Assembly (NCBI RefSeq): GCF_006345805.1
Contig: NC_043011.1
Location: forward strand, 2,542,001 to 2,606,000
Reading direction: 5' to 3'
From: Octopus sinensis
Taxonomy: Eukaryota
Length of the DNA stretch: 64,000 nt
The notes under the pieces are model-generated. The model made no database searches. It saw only the letters and a list, made by a program, of their open reading frames with translations, and was not told the DNA's origin. Shown here piece after piece: positions 35,133 to 48,945 of the stretch (position 1 is its first letter; every line of letters begins with the position of its first letter). Position numbers and translations under genes: made by a program.

Positions 35133-35400
35133 TAAGTGTTGGTCCTCATGGAGGCAAGTGGGACTGAGTTCCTTTTGAGTGTTGGGCCTCACAGAGGTGA
35201 GGTGGCTGAGTTATTTTCGAGTATTGGGAACCATGGGGGCAAAGTGTCTGAGTTTCTTTTTAGTGTTGGGCTTTATGGAGGCAATGACCATGACCTTTGG
35301 TACTATGTCATGCTTGAGAAGAAAACCCATCAAGCCGATCAAAATTGCAGTCATGGCAGATACCGGTGTCACACAAATGGCACCCATGCTGGTGGCCTAT
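35133..35400 (+). repeat. Family-C-related fragment with 3.5 copies of a degenerate ~42-bp unit
   Basis: Units AGTGTTGG.CCTCA.GGAGG....GTG.CTGAGTT..TTT. The 3' part TGGCACCCATGCTGGTGGC resembles the family C internal motif. Confidence 0.6.
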
Positions 35401-37295
35401 ATAGTGTAGCGTGTAAGTTATATGGTCGATCTTACATTGATTTGTAGATGTACATCTATATAAAAGTGTGCATTTATACAAACACTTCCTTAGTTTAAAA
35501 AATTTCAAGAATAATGTTGTATCAAGTATATTATTGTGAATATCAAGTCCAGGGAAAGAAATATTGGAAATTTAAGGTTTAAAGAAACTATTGTAATTAA
35601 AAACTTAATCCATCCATTAACAGAATATATGATCTGAGCTACACTGATTGGCTAACTTAATACTACCAGCCTATATGTTCCCTTCTTCTCATTGGAAATA
35701 AAGAGCTCATTAAATTATTTAAATCTATGCCAATTGATTAGAGATTTTTAATCCCATAATGTAGTTTGCTTTGGTTCTGTTTCTGTTTACACATTTATTA
35801 TTGTAGTGCCTTTCCTAATTACAAATGGAAAACAAAAAAGCTACTTAAACAGTGCTGCTGTAGATAATTAGAAATTAAAGCATAATTTTATATTTACTTC
35901 ATATATGTAGTTGAAGTTGATGAATTACTTTATTGCGATCTTATTTTATATGTAATTCCTTATTTGTTATGGGATACCAATGACTAAGTGGAAAGACCCA
36001 AGAAGCCTAATACTTTATCCCACTCGATTGAACCTACTGAAACATGATGTTCATGTTCTGTCCTATGGCTGGAAACAAATAGACACATCTACGCATACAA
36101 ATGCATGCAAGTACACACAAGCACACGTTTTAAAAGTATAAGCAAATTCTGATAGCTTTCTGTTACTTATAGATCCAAAATGTTGATGCTTAAATTTGTA
36201 GAATTTTGGACTACAATAATTAGCTTTTCTCACTGTAGGAACTAAATATGGTACTGTAGGTGAACAAATCACTCCATAATGCCTCACTGCATCTTCAGGT
36301 TGCGACAGCAATGGATTATATCACCTGGAAATCCTTCTTAAAGCCAAGTAGATATTGGCTTCTACTTGAAGTTAAATGTCTTTAGTATGATCCCAAAGCA
36401 ACATTTGTGGCAAGGTATAAACTGCTGATCCCTTATCTATTTGTTCAACCTCGTATCGATTCAGTTTTTCCAGTATGTATTTATTTGGAAGTTTTTCAAA
36501 GAAAACCACAATCACAATCTACATGATTTGTCAAGACGTGTTAAGCCAAGTAAAAATCACTTGACACATTGTCCAAGCTATAAGTATCTATGCAAAATAA
36601 GGTAAAATCTCTATTTTTAAAGAACATTTCATTATGTGCAAGCCCATTTATTGTCCTTCCTTGATTTGCTGAAGTTAAGAAAGAATAGTATTATATTTGC
36701 TTAAAGAAAATATTAAAATAAATTAAATAAGATCTTATATACTGAATTAAATCTATCAAAATACTTCTGGATATTTATTGTAGTATGCAAATTGCGAGCT
36801 TTGGAATTCAAAGCAGAATTTCAATACTACAAGTCTCTATTCATTTAATGGTCAGAGAGAGGCAGCTGATCTACTACAATTGTATTTATATGCCTGTTTG
36901 AATAAAACTACACGAAACCATTCCTTTAGCTGCTTCCTTTTCATGATGTCAATAGGAATTATTCTATAAAACAAAGATTGGCTTAATTTCTATATAAAAT
37001 AAAACAATACTTCCTACAAAATATTCTGATATTGTTGGATCTCAAATGTCTATTCAACTCATTCATTATTGTGTCATAGGCTAATATTTGAAGATTTGGA
37101 GGAATGTGAAAATCAGCCAGATATTTAAAGTATCTTATTACCATTCAAGTAGAGAGACCAAAATTTGTTTAAGACTCTAATTGGGTGGGTTGCACATACA
37201 ATTACCACAGTCAGTTAAGTTGGAAAATAATTAACAATCTCAACATGATTATTTTCTTATTGCTGTTGGGTAATGAAACAGTATTGTATGAGTAG

Positions 37296-37524
37296 CGGCG
37301 AGCTGGCAGAATCGTTAGAACGCCAGGCGAAATGCTTAGCAGTATTTCGTCTGCCGTTACATTGTAAGTTCAAATTCCGCCGAGGTCGACTTTGCCTTTC
37401 ATCCTTTCGGGGTCGATAAATTAAGTACCAGTTACGCACTGGAGTCGATGTAATCGACTTAATACCTATGTCTGTCCTTGTTTGTCCCCTCTGTGTTTAG
37501 CCCCTTGTGGGTAATAAAGAAATA
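37296..37524 (+). mobile_element. SINE family B with perfect 16-bp TSD
   Basis: AGTATTGTATGAGTAG at 37280-37295 and 37525-37540. Confidence 0.95.
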
Positions 37525-37744
37525 AGTATTGTATGAGTAGATCAATCATCAGTGAAAATCCAGAGTGACCTTCAAATCCAGCACATGTAACATGCTATAC
37601 TACAGTTACAAAGCTGCAGTGTTTGGTAATATAGTTCAGAAATATCATTTTAGTCTGCTTTGTTATATTCTGCTGTCTAGGCAGGGGTTGCTGCAGGAGT
37701 ATGCAAAATGAATTAGGTTACTAACACACAACCTTCTTACCTAA

Positions 37745-38105
37745 AGTTCCAGGTTCAGTCCCACTGCGTGGCATCTTGGGCAAGTGTCTTCTGCTATAGC
37801 CCCGAGCCGACCAATGCCTTGTGAGTGGATTTGGTAGATGGAAACTGAAAGAAGCCTGTCGTATATATGTATATATATATATCTGTGTATGTGTGTGTGT
37901 TTGTGTGTCTGTGTTTGTCCTCCCTAGCATTGCTTGACAACCGATGCTGGTGTGTTTACATCCCTGTCACTTAGTGGTTCGGCAAAAGAGACCGATAGAA
38001 TAAGTACTGGGCTTACAAAGAATAAGTCCCGGGGTCGATTTGCTCGACTAAAGGCGGTGCTCCAGCATGGCTGCAGTCAAATGATTGAAACAAGTAAAAG
38101 AGTAA
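37745..38105 (+). mobile_element. SINE family A, head truncated
   Basis: From GGTTCAGTCCC to the GTAAAAGAGTAAAG tail. Confidence 0.9.
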
Positions 38106-38564
38106 AGATATAAATATTTTTGGCATGCCAACAAATAGATTAAACAAAAGAAGAAATTGATTTTGCTGTTGGTTTCTGCAATTATTTATGTGTGTAGATC
38201 AGATGGAAAAGATAGTAATTTTATAATGACGATGCAGTAGTATTCTCATTATATTTTAAAGTATTTTGGATGCTATTGTTGCTGCTAAGCCTAAATTAGC
38301 TCCAGTTGAACAAATCTATGAATAATGACGATCCAATTGTGACCATCTTGCCTATTTTTTCCTTGCAGCTTCCCTGAGACAATTCTATCCTATGCGTTTT
38401 TCCTGATTTTCTATAAGATGATAGGATGTGCTGATTTGAATAATATTTGGCTGTTCACTTGTTGGCTCTTTAGCAAGACCCCTGTTTCTCCCTCTTTGTC
38501 TCCCTGTCACACACTAACCTTTCATCATCTGACACAAGATCTCCTCATCCAATACCTCCACCTC

Positions 38565-38879
38565 TCTCAAAATTCCTTATCTTGCAAGTTACTTGGTGAC
38601 CCTGCTGGTGCTGGTACCATGTAAAAAGCATGCAGTCCACACTGTAAAATGGTTGGCATTTGGAAGGGCATTCAACTGTAAAAATCCTGCCAAAACTGGC
38701 CTCACTTGTGTTAGTGTCACATAAAAAGCACTGAGTCCACTTAGTAGGAGTGACTGGTGTTAGGAAGGGTATCCAGCCATAAAATCACTGCTAAAACAGA
38801 CACAGTAGCCTGGGGTAGTCTTCTACCTGGCAGACTCCAGTCAACTGTTATCCATGCATTCATGGAAGATGGATGTTAA

Positions 38880-38917
<38 letters not shown>
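38565..38917 (+). mobile_element. SINE-like family C, diverged
   Basis: GGAAGGGCAT repeats and a GGATGTTAAA(TGA)n tail. Confidence 0.75.
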
Positions 38918-39654
38918 CAATGGAAAAATTAGTGAATTAGCAAAAAAATAAATGAAACCAAAATAAATAAGTAAAGTTAGCTGAGGGAAAAGAAGATAGA
39001 AAAAGAAGAGTACAAAAGGGAGTTTAAGGGAGAGAAGGGGAGAGAAGAAGTGTATTGTGATGGTCAGTATTTTGATTCAGTTCTTGAGGAGGAGACAGTG
39101 AGTTGGAGACAGTGTGAGTGAGTTTTGACCCTGTGCTTAATAACGCCTTGTCGATAAATGACAAAAAGCAATATGGCTGAAGATCAACAATGATAAATTG
39201 ATATACTTTGGTACAGAAATATAAGTTCAAAAAGACATGGAGACATGAAGACATGTACTGGTGACATACGCACAAAACAAAAATATTAAAGGAATAGATT
39301 TCTTCATTCTGAATGTATCACTCAAACTACTACTTGGATTTACCTTGGATTATATACTCAAGGAGGTATACCTGCACAGAAATATGGATAAACCTCCATA
39401 CCCTCCAGACCAAAATGATCTCTGTTTATTCTTCTATCTAGTGTGAAGTCTCTGTCTGGAACTTTTCTGCATACACACCTTGTCCCAGTGTATGAGGGTG
39501 TTGACTCATTACTGGGGTTATCCCCAAATCAACTGTTTGACATTATTTACGTCTACTTCTCCTCTTTTGACTCACCTTTACTCTAATTATATACTTTAAA
39601 TGACCTGCCTTGGTTTTGTTTTCTTTCCCATTAACACACATACACACACACATG

Positions 39655-39720
39655 TATGTATGTATGTATGTATGTATGTATGTATGTATGTATGTATGTG
39701 TGTGTGTGTGTATGTATGTA
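39655..39720. repeat. (TATG)n microsatellite
   Basis: Direct reading. Confidence 0.95.
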
Positions 39721-39773
39721 TCATAAAGTATTTGCTCTTACAGGTGGGGTGGTGCAGCTTTTGGCTACTTTTA

Positions 39774-40660
39774 CAGGGTGTTCAGACTAGATATGACAGT
39801 TTGCATAAAAGGAAAGCACAATAGTTCATCTAATAGTAAATTATTTTTAAAAAAATCAAAACATAGCTTCTAGATAATTGCTGGCAGATAGTAGTCTACT
39901 CAAAGTAACCACCCTCAGCTTCTACAATGGCCACAAGACAGCTTCAAAACCTGGCACATGTATTCCTCACTGTATCTGTGGGAAAATTTTACAGCATCTC
40001 TTTGATTTTGGTCAACAGCTTGGACTTTGTGCTGCAGGTGAAGTGGTTGGTGCCTTTCACAACTACATTTCACATACATTTTGAGAGAATTTGGAGACCA
40101 GAATTTGGGGTTTTTCTAACAACCACTTCTAACTCTTCCCAAAGGTATGGCAAGAAACCAAATCCTACTGCTACACATACGACCTTCTAGTAGCAACCAT
40201 CTTCAGCCAGGGATTGACCAGTCTCCAGCAGCTTCACACCTGTATTTATGCACCAGTGTTAATTAATGTATTTGCTGTCTGAATTGAATCTAAGGCCCTG
40301 TTCAAAGGTGTGGGGATGAATTCTGGTATGCTGACACAGTCACAACGCCTGCTGTGTCCCTTCCTGCTAGCCACAACATTGCAGTCTCCATTACAGTTCT
40401 CCATGTCACATCTTACAACTTTTACAGTGTTTACAGAACATTGAGCAGCAGCCATGCTATTGGCATTTCGATCTGCAGCATCAAACATCCTGATACAGGC
40501 AACTCTTTTCCAATATTCAGGTGGTTTCTATTCCTCCACGTCAGGTAACTTTTTCTCAACTACAACTTTAATCTTTATGCTTTCCAACAGATACATGAAG
40601 CTGTTCCTGACAAAAAGGATGCCAAAAAACCATTGTCAAATCTCTAGCCAGAACACTCTG
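39774..40660 (-). mobile_element. Internally deleted Tc1/mariner element (887 bp)
   Basis: TIRs TA|CAGGGTGTTC... and ...GAACACTCTG|TA. Minus-strand transposase C-terminus PNFWSPNS...TCARF.SCLVAIVEAEGGYFE*. Confidence 0.85.
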
Positions 40661-40924
40661 TATATTACAACTTCAGTCTGAGATTATCTTTATTTCTGAG
40701 TGTGCATCAGAAGATTTTTAAAGTAAATGTTTTAGCTAGATATCATAGGGTTGTTAGCAAATTATTATTAACAAGGCAAATTTATAACTCTTTTTGGATA
40801 TGCAGTGCTCAGTGGTCTGTATGTATTTTTTTATATAAGTGCACTTTTCTTTTTATTTCAATCCCTCTCCCTAAAAATGGTGGTTTTCTAAATAATAAGT
40901 CATTAATATTTAAAGTACATTAAG

Positions 40925-41135
40925 GTGGCAAGGTGGCAAAAGTGCTATGATGCTGGGCAAGATGCCTAGCAGCATGGTCTTTATGGTCTGAGTTCAAATT
41001 CTGCTGAGGCCAACTTTGTCTTTCATCCTTTCAGGGCTGAGGAGACAAGTGCCAGATAAGCATTGGGGGTCAATGTCATCGACTGGCTCTGCCCCACAAA
41101 AATGCTGGCCTTGTGCCAAAATCTGAAACCAATAT
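40925..41135 (+). mobile_element. SINE family B variant, diverged
   Basis: GAGTTCAAATT B box, TTTCATCCTTTC core and GGCCTTGTGCC end. Confidence 0.75.
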
Positions 41136-41339
41136 TTCAGTGACATTATTTGACAAGATACACATGCAGAATGTTTTAGAATAATTTTGAATATTTTCGC
41201 TATTTCACATACTGACCAAATTTTTAGAACATATTTTGAGTATCTCTGTTCAAATAATGTTCAACCATTACTAACCAAATAAATAAAGCAGAAATAATTA
41301 AAGACCATAGAGAAGAGGTTTGGTATGAAACAACTGCCC

Positions 41340-42420
41340 ATAAATGTTCATTGCAATTTTATGATAGGCTTACAATGTTGCAGAGAGCTAGATTTTACAA
41401 ATGTACTAGTTGCATATTTTTTCAACAAACAATTATATGAGTTTACATTTATTAGAAAATTTGACTGGAATATTTCATAAGTACTACTTGTTTCAAAGAT
41501 GCACACATACCATATATCACATAACCACAGAACAATTTTTTTTACAGTTGCAATTTTAGTTTGTTTGCCCAATATCTTATTGCAAAATAGCATAATAATG
41601 ACATTTTGATGACATATTCGGTAACAGCAGGGTATGTTTCTTGTTCTTTGTAGAAGAACAAGAATACACCACACCAATATCCCATAACTGAGATGGTGTG
41701 TATCTTGAAAGCTATACAATTTTGTTTATTCATATAATCTTTGTAGTCACTTCTTGACCTCAAGTTTCAAAAGCATATTCTATGATTTATTGCTTATTAT
41801 TCTTAGTGTGACTACATCTCCATTGGTATTAGTATCTGTTTCAAGTTTATATTATCCAAACTATGGCTAACACTTTCTTGGCATGCAGTATTTTCTCCTA
41901 AAATGAAGATCATATCGTTTGTTCAAAGTCATCAAGAATATCCTTAGATTCAGGGAACTTCTTGAAAAATACATTCTAACATATAACAAGCTTCACTCCT
42001 CTCTTTTAAAGCAACCTTCAATTTACTGATTTTTTTTTTATTTGCTGTATGTTTAAGACACCCTACTATGTTGAGAAGTTCTTTTTAATAATCTTAAGCC
42101 TCCAACCTTCTGTTTACCTCTGATATAGAGTTTATTAATATCATCATGCCTATAGAAGTGGATATGTCCATACACTATATCAGATTCAGGATGTGGTTAA
42201 CAACTGATCCTGTTAAAGAACAGTGGTCACTCTAGTAATAGTAAAACAAACAGAAAATTTGTGAGGCAGTGATTGAAGTAGTTTCTTATTTGATTATTTG
42301 TCAGTTCGCTGATTGATCTTTCAGAAGTAGTATAGGATGTCAGTATAGCAGAAATTTTTTAAACAGTATTCCAAAATATATTGCTCTTGAGATCTATGGA
42401 GGATCATAATTATAAAGGCT
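41340..42420 (-). mobile_element. Highly decayed L2/CR1-group LINE fragment
   Basis: HLSYGILVW...LQ...I...LF....NSYN resembles the L2-group ORF2 C-terminus. The extent is approximate. Confidence 0.5.
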
Positions 42421-42489
42421 GAAAATAAAGTTATTGTGATAGAGTTTTGTGAATTCTCTCTCTCTCTCTCTTTCTGATCATTATTTTAC

Positions 42490-42661
42490 AGTTCACTACA
42501 CTCTCAGAGTGGTTGGCATTAGGAAGGGCATCCAGCTGTAGAAACTCTGCCAGATCAAGATTGGAGCCTAGTGCAGCCATCTGGTTCGCCAGTCTTCAGT
42601 CAAATCGTCCAACCCATGCTAGCATGGAAAGTGGACGTTAAATGATGATGATGATGATGAT
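42490..42661 (+). mobile_element. SINE-like family C, 5'-truncated
   Basis: Close match to 4870-5035 with a GAT tail. Confidence 0.85.
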
Positions 42662-43627
42662 TTCATTTTGATTAGGTTCCTATTGCTGCATACCCATTCA
42701 AACTTCAGCTGATTTACTTTGTGTACTGCATGGTTTTAAGGCAACTCACAACCATACTCTCAACAAGACATGACATTGAATGTCCTCAACAAAATATTTA
42801 CAAGTTCACACTTTACAGAATGTACTGGGTGCATTTTTTATGAGACTAGCACTAGAGAGATAACCATGTCATTTGTTCAACTAAAAACACCACACAACCT
42901 CATGTTTCTGCTCACTCATATGCCTTTTTACAGAGTTAGAGGTATGAGAGCAATATATTCATGAATATTAGTGATGAGAGGGTTATGGGAATGTATGATG
43001 ACTGATATGAAGCACTCAATATTCTGAGATAAGTACCAATATTCAATGCAATATGGTGGCCAAGCAACAAAGACAAGGGTGAAAGAGTGCAATATATGGC
43101 AAAAATAAAAAAAAAATAGAGAAGCACTGGTGTTCTTAGTTTAAACTAACGGTATAATGCAGAAAAGAGGAGTGGATAAGTGAGAGATGTAATAAGAGCA
43201 TGAGCAAGAAAGATGAAATAGAGTTGAAAGGGTGATAGGTGATAATGGTATGGACAAAAGAGAGAGGTAAGTGATAAAGCTATTTGATGCAAGGGACAAG
43301 AAAGCTACAGGGATGAGTGATATAGGAGATAGATGCAATCAAAGAGGTCAATAATGTAGACTAGACATCAGGTAAACGCAAACAGACAAATACATTAACA
43401 CTGGTACGTAAATATAGATTATTCAGTTGTGGTGGTCAGTGGTTGAGAAATTTGTTGTTTTCTACTACACTCAAGAAAAACGATTTGTTATATATTACCA
43501 CAGGCCATTAATCACAATCTAAAAAGAATTAGTCCAAAATTTCAAAGTTTTTGAATTTTTATTGAATTTCATCAAATCTCATAAATGTTATTCTCTTCTT
43601 CATAACTATATAGATACATACATGATT

Positions 43628-43740
43628 TGTATGTATGTATGTATGTATGTATGTATGTATGTATGTATGTATGTATGTATGTATGTATGTATGTATGTAT
43701 GTATGCGTGTATGTATGTATGTATGTATGTATGTATGTAT
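43628..43740. repeat. (TATG)n microsatellite
   Basis: Direct reading. Confidence 0.97.
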
Positions 43741-43812
43741 GCATTTGTGTATATGTATATATACATGCATGTGTGTGTATACATACATATGCAGGGATAT
43801 ATATATATATAT

Positions 43813-43871
43813 AACTTCTATTTCAGTGGTTTTCCTCACATTTTAGTACACACGCACACACACACACAGAC

Positions 43872-43903
<32 letters not shown>

Positions 43904-43938
43904 ACTAAAATGTGAGGAAAACTACTGAAATAGAAGTT
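43813..43938. repeat. 126-bp foldback centred on an (AT)n tract
   Basis: AACTTCTATTTCAGT.GTTTTCCTCACATTTTAGTACAC(AC)n pairs with (GT)nACTAAAATGTGAGGAAAAC.ACTGAAATAGAAGTT. Confidence 0.92.
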
Positions 43939-45037
43939 TGAATATACATATATTCATTTATATATGTCTCAGACTAAACAGTACATTATAAATAAAATTT
44001 GATGGATGGAAACATACTGGATACTTTTTTACACACACACACACACATGCATGCATGCATACATACACACGCACATTTTGTAAATATGTGTGTAAAAATA
44101 GAAAGGCCACTGCTACTGTTAAGTTTAGAGCTCCATGTAGATTATCATCATCAAGTTTGCTTCCAGTATAATGGTTAAACAACTACTATACTTAATAGCA
44201 TTACTAGTTATGATATACAGAACATGTTTAGGAGAAATTATGCTAAACACATGTTTATATTATTAGTTCCTACATATGTTTCGCCATCCTCGTTTTTTTT
44301 TTTTGTAAAATCTGCATTGGATGTTCCCTAGTGCAATTAGATGCTTAACCAAATGAATAATCAGGGGATATTTTATTGCACTATGTCACAGAGAACTAAT
44401 GAGACAAACAAGCAAATACTACAGAGTCAAACAAGTGAAAGCACATATCTGAAAAAGTGTAGATATATAAAGCAAGAAAAACAACAATCAAAGCAGGGAA
44501 GAATGAAATTAAATACACCATAGGAACACATGCACATACACAAAATCCAATATCATGAGTCCCTATCCCACTGATACCTTCCCTTCCTCACTAATTCTCT
44601 CTGTGTTTCTTTCCCCTTTATTCTTCTCTTTATTTTATTTTAAACTTTTTCTCCTCCCTTTTCAATCTTCTGAATTTTTCCATCCTGCATTCCACTCTTG
44701 TCCATCTCACCACTTAGCTTTAGTGTGACCCAGGTTGTGCATGATGGTATCTATAAAGAAGCCCACCGTATATATATATATATATATAGATATATATATA
44801 GATATATATAGATATATATACATATATAGATCAGACTTACTTGGAAAAGGATGCGTGGCATTCGATGTTATTATACATATATATATATATATATATGTGT
44901 GTATATGTATGTATTTATATATGTTTGTGTGCCTGTGTTTGTCCCCCCAACATTGCCTGACAACCGATGCTAGTGTGTTTACGTCCCTGTAACTTATGTA
45001 ACAAATGACTGAAATGAGTAAAACAAAACAAAAGAAA

Positions 45038-45076
<39 letters not shown>

Positions 45077-45227
45077 TATATATTTGTGTGTACATACGTA
45101 CATATCTATATTTTTACTTATATATATATAACACATCATACACACACTCACACACACACACACACACACATACACACATATTTTATTAATGAGTGAGACG
45201 GGAGATGGAAGATATGAGAATGTTTAT

Positions 45228-45337
45228 TAATCACTACAATTGTTTCGACCCATCATGCATCAATCCCTCACAGATGGGATACTTACCAACTGGTTTAGGA
45301 GTATCCATTTGTGTAGATGCACCTCTTCAGGTGATTA
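45228..45337 (-). ncRNA. Type I hammerhead ribozyme motif with long helix II
   Basis: Minus strand: helix I TAATCAC/GTGATTA (7 bp). Core CTGAAGA followed by a G-C closing pair. Extended helix II (TGCATC/GATGCA, CACA/TGTG, GGATAC/GTATCC). GAAAC, then palindromic ACAATTGT, then triplet GTA. Confidence 0.8.
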
Positions 45338-48117
45338 CAAGATGTTTCTCAATAAAATAATGACTGTTCCGCAAGATGTCTTCTTGCTTTGTGTATAGAA
45401 AAGCAACGAGTTAAGAGATACAGTTTCATTTTTATACACATATACACACATTTACATGTATGTATATTTGTGAAATGTGTGTGTGTGTGTGTTTATGCAT
45501 GCATTTATGAGTGTGTACACATTTCCTTTCCTACTATATGCATGAATAAAATTCATTGCAAAAAGTTCTGAAAAAAATATACAATTGAATTATCCATCTA
45601 ACCTATTGTTAAATAACAAAATAACTGAATAAAACTATTGTTTTACAATCAGAAGGAAAAATAAAAGCAGCTAATAATGAAATAGTTTGGAGCAAATCAC
45701 TGTGTGCCCTTTGGATGAAATGAAAACTTAACAAAAAAAATTATCTTTTCATCTATGTCTGTAAATATTTATGTATTTAAATATGAAAACAATAATCTTA
45801 TTTCAGAATAGTTCTCTAAGGAAAACCAAAAAGTAAAAGATATAAATAGCCCATTTCTTTTAGTAGCTTTTTTTTCTTGTAAAGGATATTTTGTTTTTTT
45901 CAAAGGCAAAAACACTACCAAACTATTGTTTGCTGTTTGGAGATAATCCTCAAGAGTTTGAAAATATTTTTAAAGAATACTTTAAATGAAGACTTTTCTT
46001 TAATATTCTTTAATGGAATTATTTCAAAATTGTATTATCACATAAAAAAAAAAAAAAATGAATATAATTCATTCCATGATTCCCATCTTACAAATGTTTT
46101 AGTCCTCTGGTTTTGATAGATGTGAACTAATCTTCCTTTATGCATAATTTAGGCATTTTTACTTGTATGCATTATCTTTTCTTCTAGAAAATGCCAATGA
46201 ATAAACATTTCACTTTTTATGTCACACACTTTATTTTCTTAAAAATATTCTTTGCATTATTATTTTCACAATTATCAATATAATTTCCTTTTTCTTTTTT
46301 CAATTTTTTGCCTCTCTGAAAATATTCTTGGAATAGGTAAGTCCACATAATTTAAATATTTTTCAATTGATCCTGTATGACTGTAATATTCTACTATTTT
46401 CAGATTCATTGTTGCTATGAAGAGTTTATTTAATTAATAAAATTTCTTCTTAAAATTTCGCTAACTATTATAGTTTTATTTTAATAAATTTGATTTATTT
46501 GGATTTTTAAAAAAAAAAAGAAGACTAATTTATTTTAAAATGTGGAGAATTAATTTTAATCTATTCTATAAAAGATTTATTGTGTTTTAATGCAATAGTA
46601 TTTCAATTATATGCTAATATTGATCTTTAAGTATTCTGGGTATCTTTTATCAAATGCCAAGAAAGCCAATATAAAATGAAAATGACATTAAACTGCTCAG
46701 GTTTTTCAGTATATCATGTATATTATCTGCTGTAAATATATCATGTTTTTTTTTTCAGTTTATGATAATCTTCATATTGACTTATGCATAGGTCACATTT
46801 GAGATAATATTTTATCAGTTAAAGGTTGGAGTTTTGACAAAATGTGTGCATAAAATCAGCTTTGCATGCTTCCTTAATAATCCTTAAAAAAAAAGCTCAT
46901 ATTTAGTTCATGTATATTAATATTTTGCTGAAGTGTGGCAAACATTACTATACCAGATCCTCGATATAGATTCAACCTTTTGTTGACATCATTCTAACTT
47001 TTGTTGAGACTACATTTGATTATGCTACTGATACTTGGTGGTGAAAGCACAGAGATCAAAATGTCCTTGTGATACATTTTTATCAAATTGTGTAAACCCT
47101 GTGCTTATCAAAAAAAAAAAAAGGCAATACTGTTTTAGTTGCAGATTTGCACCTTGAATTAAAGTTCTATTTTATCGTTGATAATGTCCAACATATTTTG
47201 TATGTCATATAGCTTACCAAATTTTGTGAAACACAAAATTACATTTTACAATTTTTGAATTTTAATCAGTGAAATTCTGAAATAAACTGATGTTTTCATA
47301 TTGAGAAATGGAACAATTGACCAAGGTTTTTCTTTGCTGTGTATTCTGCGATGACAAATATATTTTATGTATGGTATGTTCAGTAGTAATTTCATATGTA
47401 AATAACTGCGTCAAGTCCTTGATAGAGTTTCTTTGCATTATGTTTCAACTATGATCCCTTACTTTGCTCACTTCACCTCACTTATCTTAGCACATGCTAC
47501 TTTATTCCATACAGAAAATCTTGGATTATTCGGAAGTTATTCACCTTTATCAAATTGCAGATGTAAAAGGAATGATCTCTTGTGAAACCTGTCAGTTTCT
47601 TTGAAATTAACAATTGTTGTACTTTCATTTAGAATAGTTTTGAGATTAGCATTCTTCAATATTACTTATGGATTTCCCATGAATTATATTTCCCCATTCT
47701 TTTCTGGATATTTCTTTAAAGTAACCACTATAAGAAAATTATATTCTCTGTCTCTTATCTTCACCTGATAAATGTGATACAGAGAATTATTATCACAAAG
47801 TAGACGACAGCTTTTTCTGAATTATAGTGGTTATACTATGAAGAAACAAGTCTCTTTTCAATTTTGCCTCAATGCATAGCTATAATGTTGATGAATGTCT
47901 TTCCATGTATACAGTTAAACTATCACTTACACAACAGTGGGTAGTCAGAAAACTGCATTTTTTCATTGAATTCCTTACTTCTTAATACTGTAATACCCTA
48001 CAATAACACAACTTAGAAACATACAAATGTAAGCATGAGTACACACACACACTTCACACGCATACAAACACAGACACATTATCACTTCTTTGTTAATTTC
48101 CTCATGTACTATTTCAT

Positions 48118-48352
48118 AGCAGCGAGCTGGCAGAAACGTTAGCACACTGGGCGAAATGCGTAGCCGTATTTCGTCTGCCATTACGTTCTGAGTTCAAATT
48201 TTGTTGAGGTCGACTTTGCCTTTCATCCTTTCGGGGTCGATAAATTAAGTACCAGTTACGCACTGAGGTCGATATAATTGACTTAATCCCTTTGACTGTC
48301 CTTGTTTGTCCTCTCTGTGTTTAGCCCCTTGTGGGTAGTAAAGAAATAGGTA
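48118..48352 (+). mobile_element. SINE family B
   Basis: Full-length match. Confidence 0.9.
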
Positions 48353-48813
48353 TCCATTTGGTGATGAGTGTATTCTCCTGAAAAGCCTAATGTGGGCTGG
48401 AACATTGTGCATTTACTATTACCCCCTGACCAAAGATCCAAGTTAGCAGATTCATTGTAAATATTGACCAAAACAACTGAGAACTTTACTTTGTGGTTAG
48501 TTCATTAAATATTGCATTCTTAATTTATTAATGTTTCATACATTAAATATGCCCACACCCACTGGACTAATGCTTATCATGTGTATGAATCATGAGAAAT
48601 ATTTAATTTCTGGATTAGTTCTATTTTTCTGCATCAATAAATATGTTTCTCTGTATATTTAGATTTTGATGTCAATGTCAGAGCTTGGGTGTGGCCATTG
48701 CACTTTTGAAATTGGTAGCTCCAATTATTATCAATATTATTGTTGAATAAATTATTGAAATAAATATCCTAGTTATTTATTTCAATAAATATCTAAGATA
48801 TATCAATAATCTA

Positions 48814-48817
48814 TATG

Positions 48818-48867
<50 letters not shown>

Positions 48868-48871
48868 CATA

Positions 48872-48918
<47 letters not shown>

Positions 48919-48945
48919 TATAGCATATATGTGTGTGTGTGTGTG
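48814..48945. repeat. (TA)n/(TG)n microsatellite
   Basis: Direct reading. Confidence 0.95.

Noticed and set aside
36063-36311. Minus-strand 82-aa ORF (LSQPEDAVRHYG...)
   Set aside because: No usable splice sites in frame and no recognised domain.
48753-48786. 14-bp AT-only hairpin
   Set aside because: Low complexity, expected by chance in AT-rich DNA.
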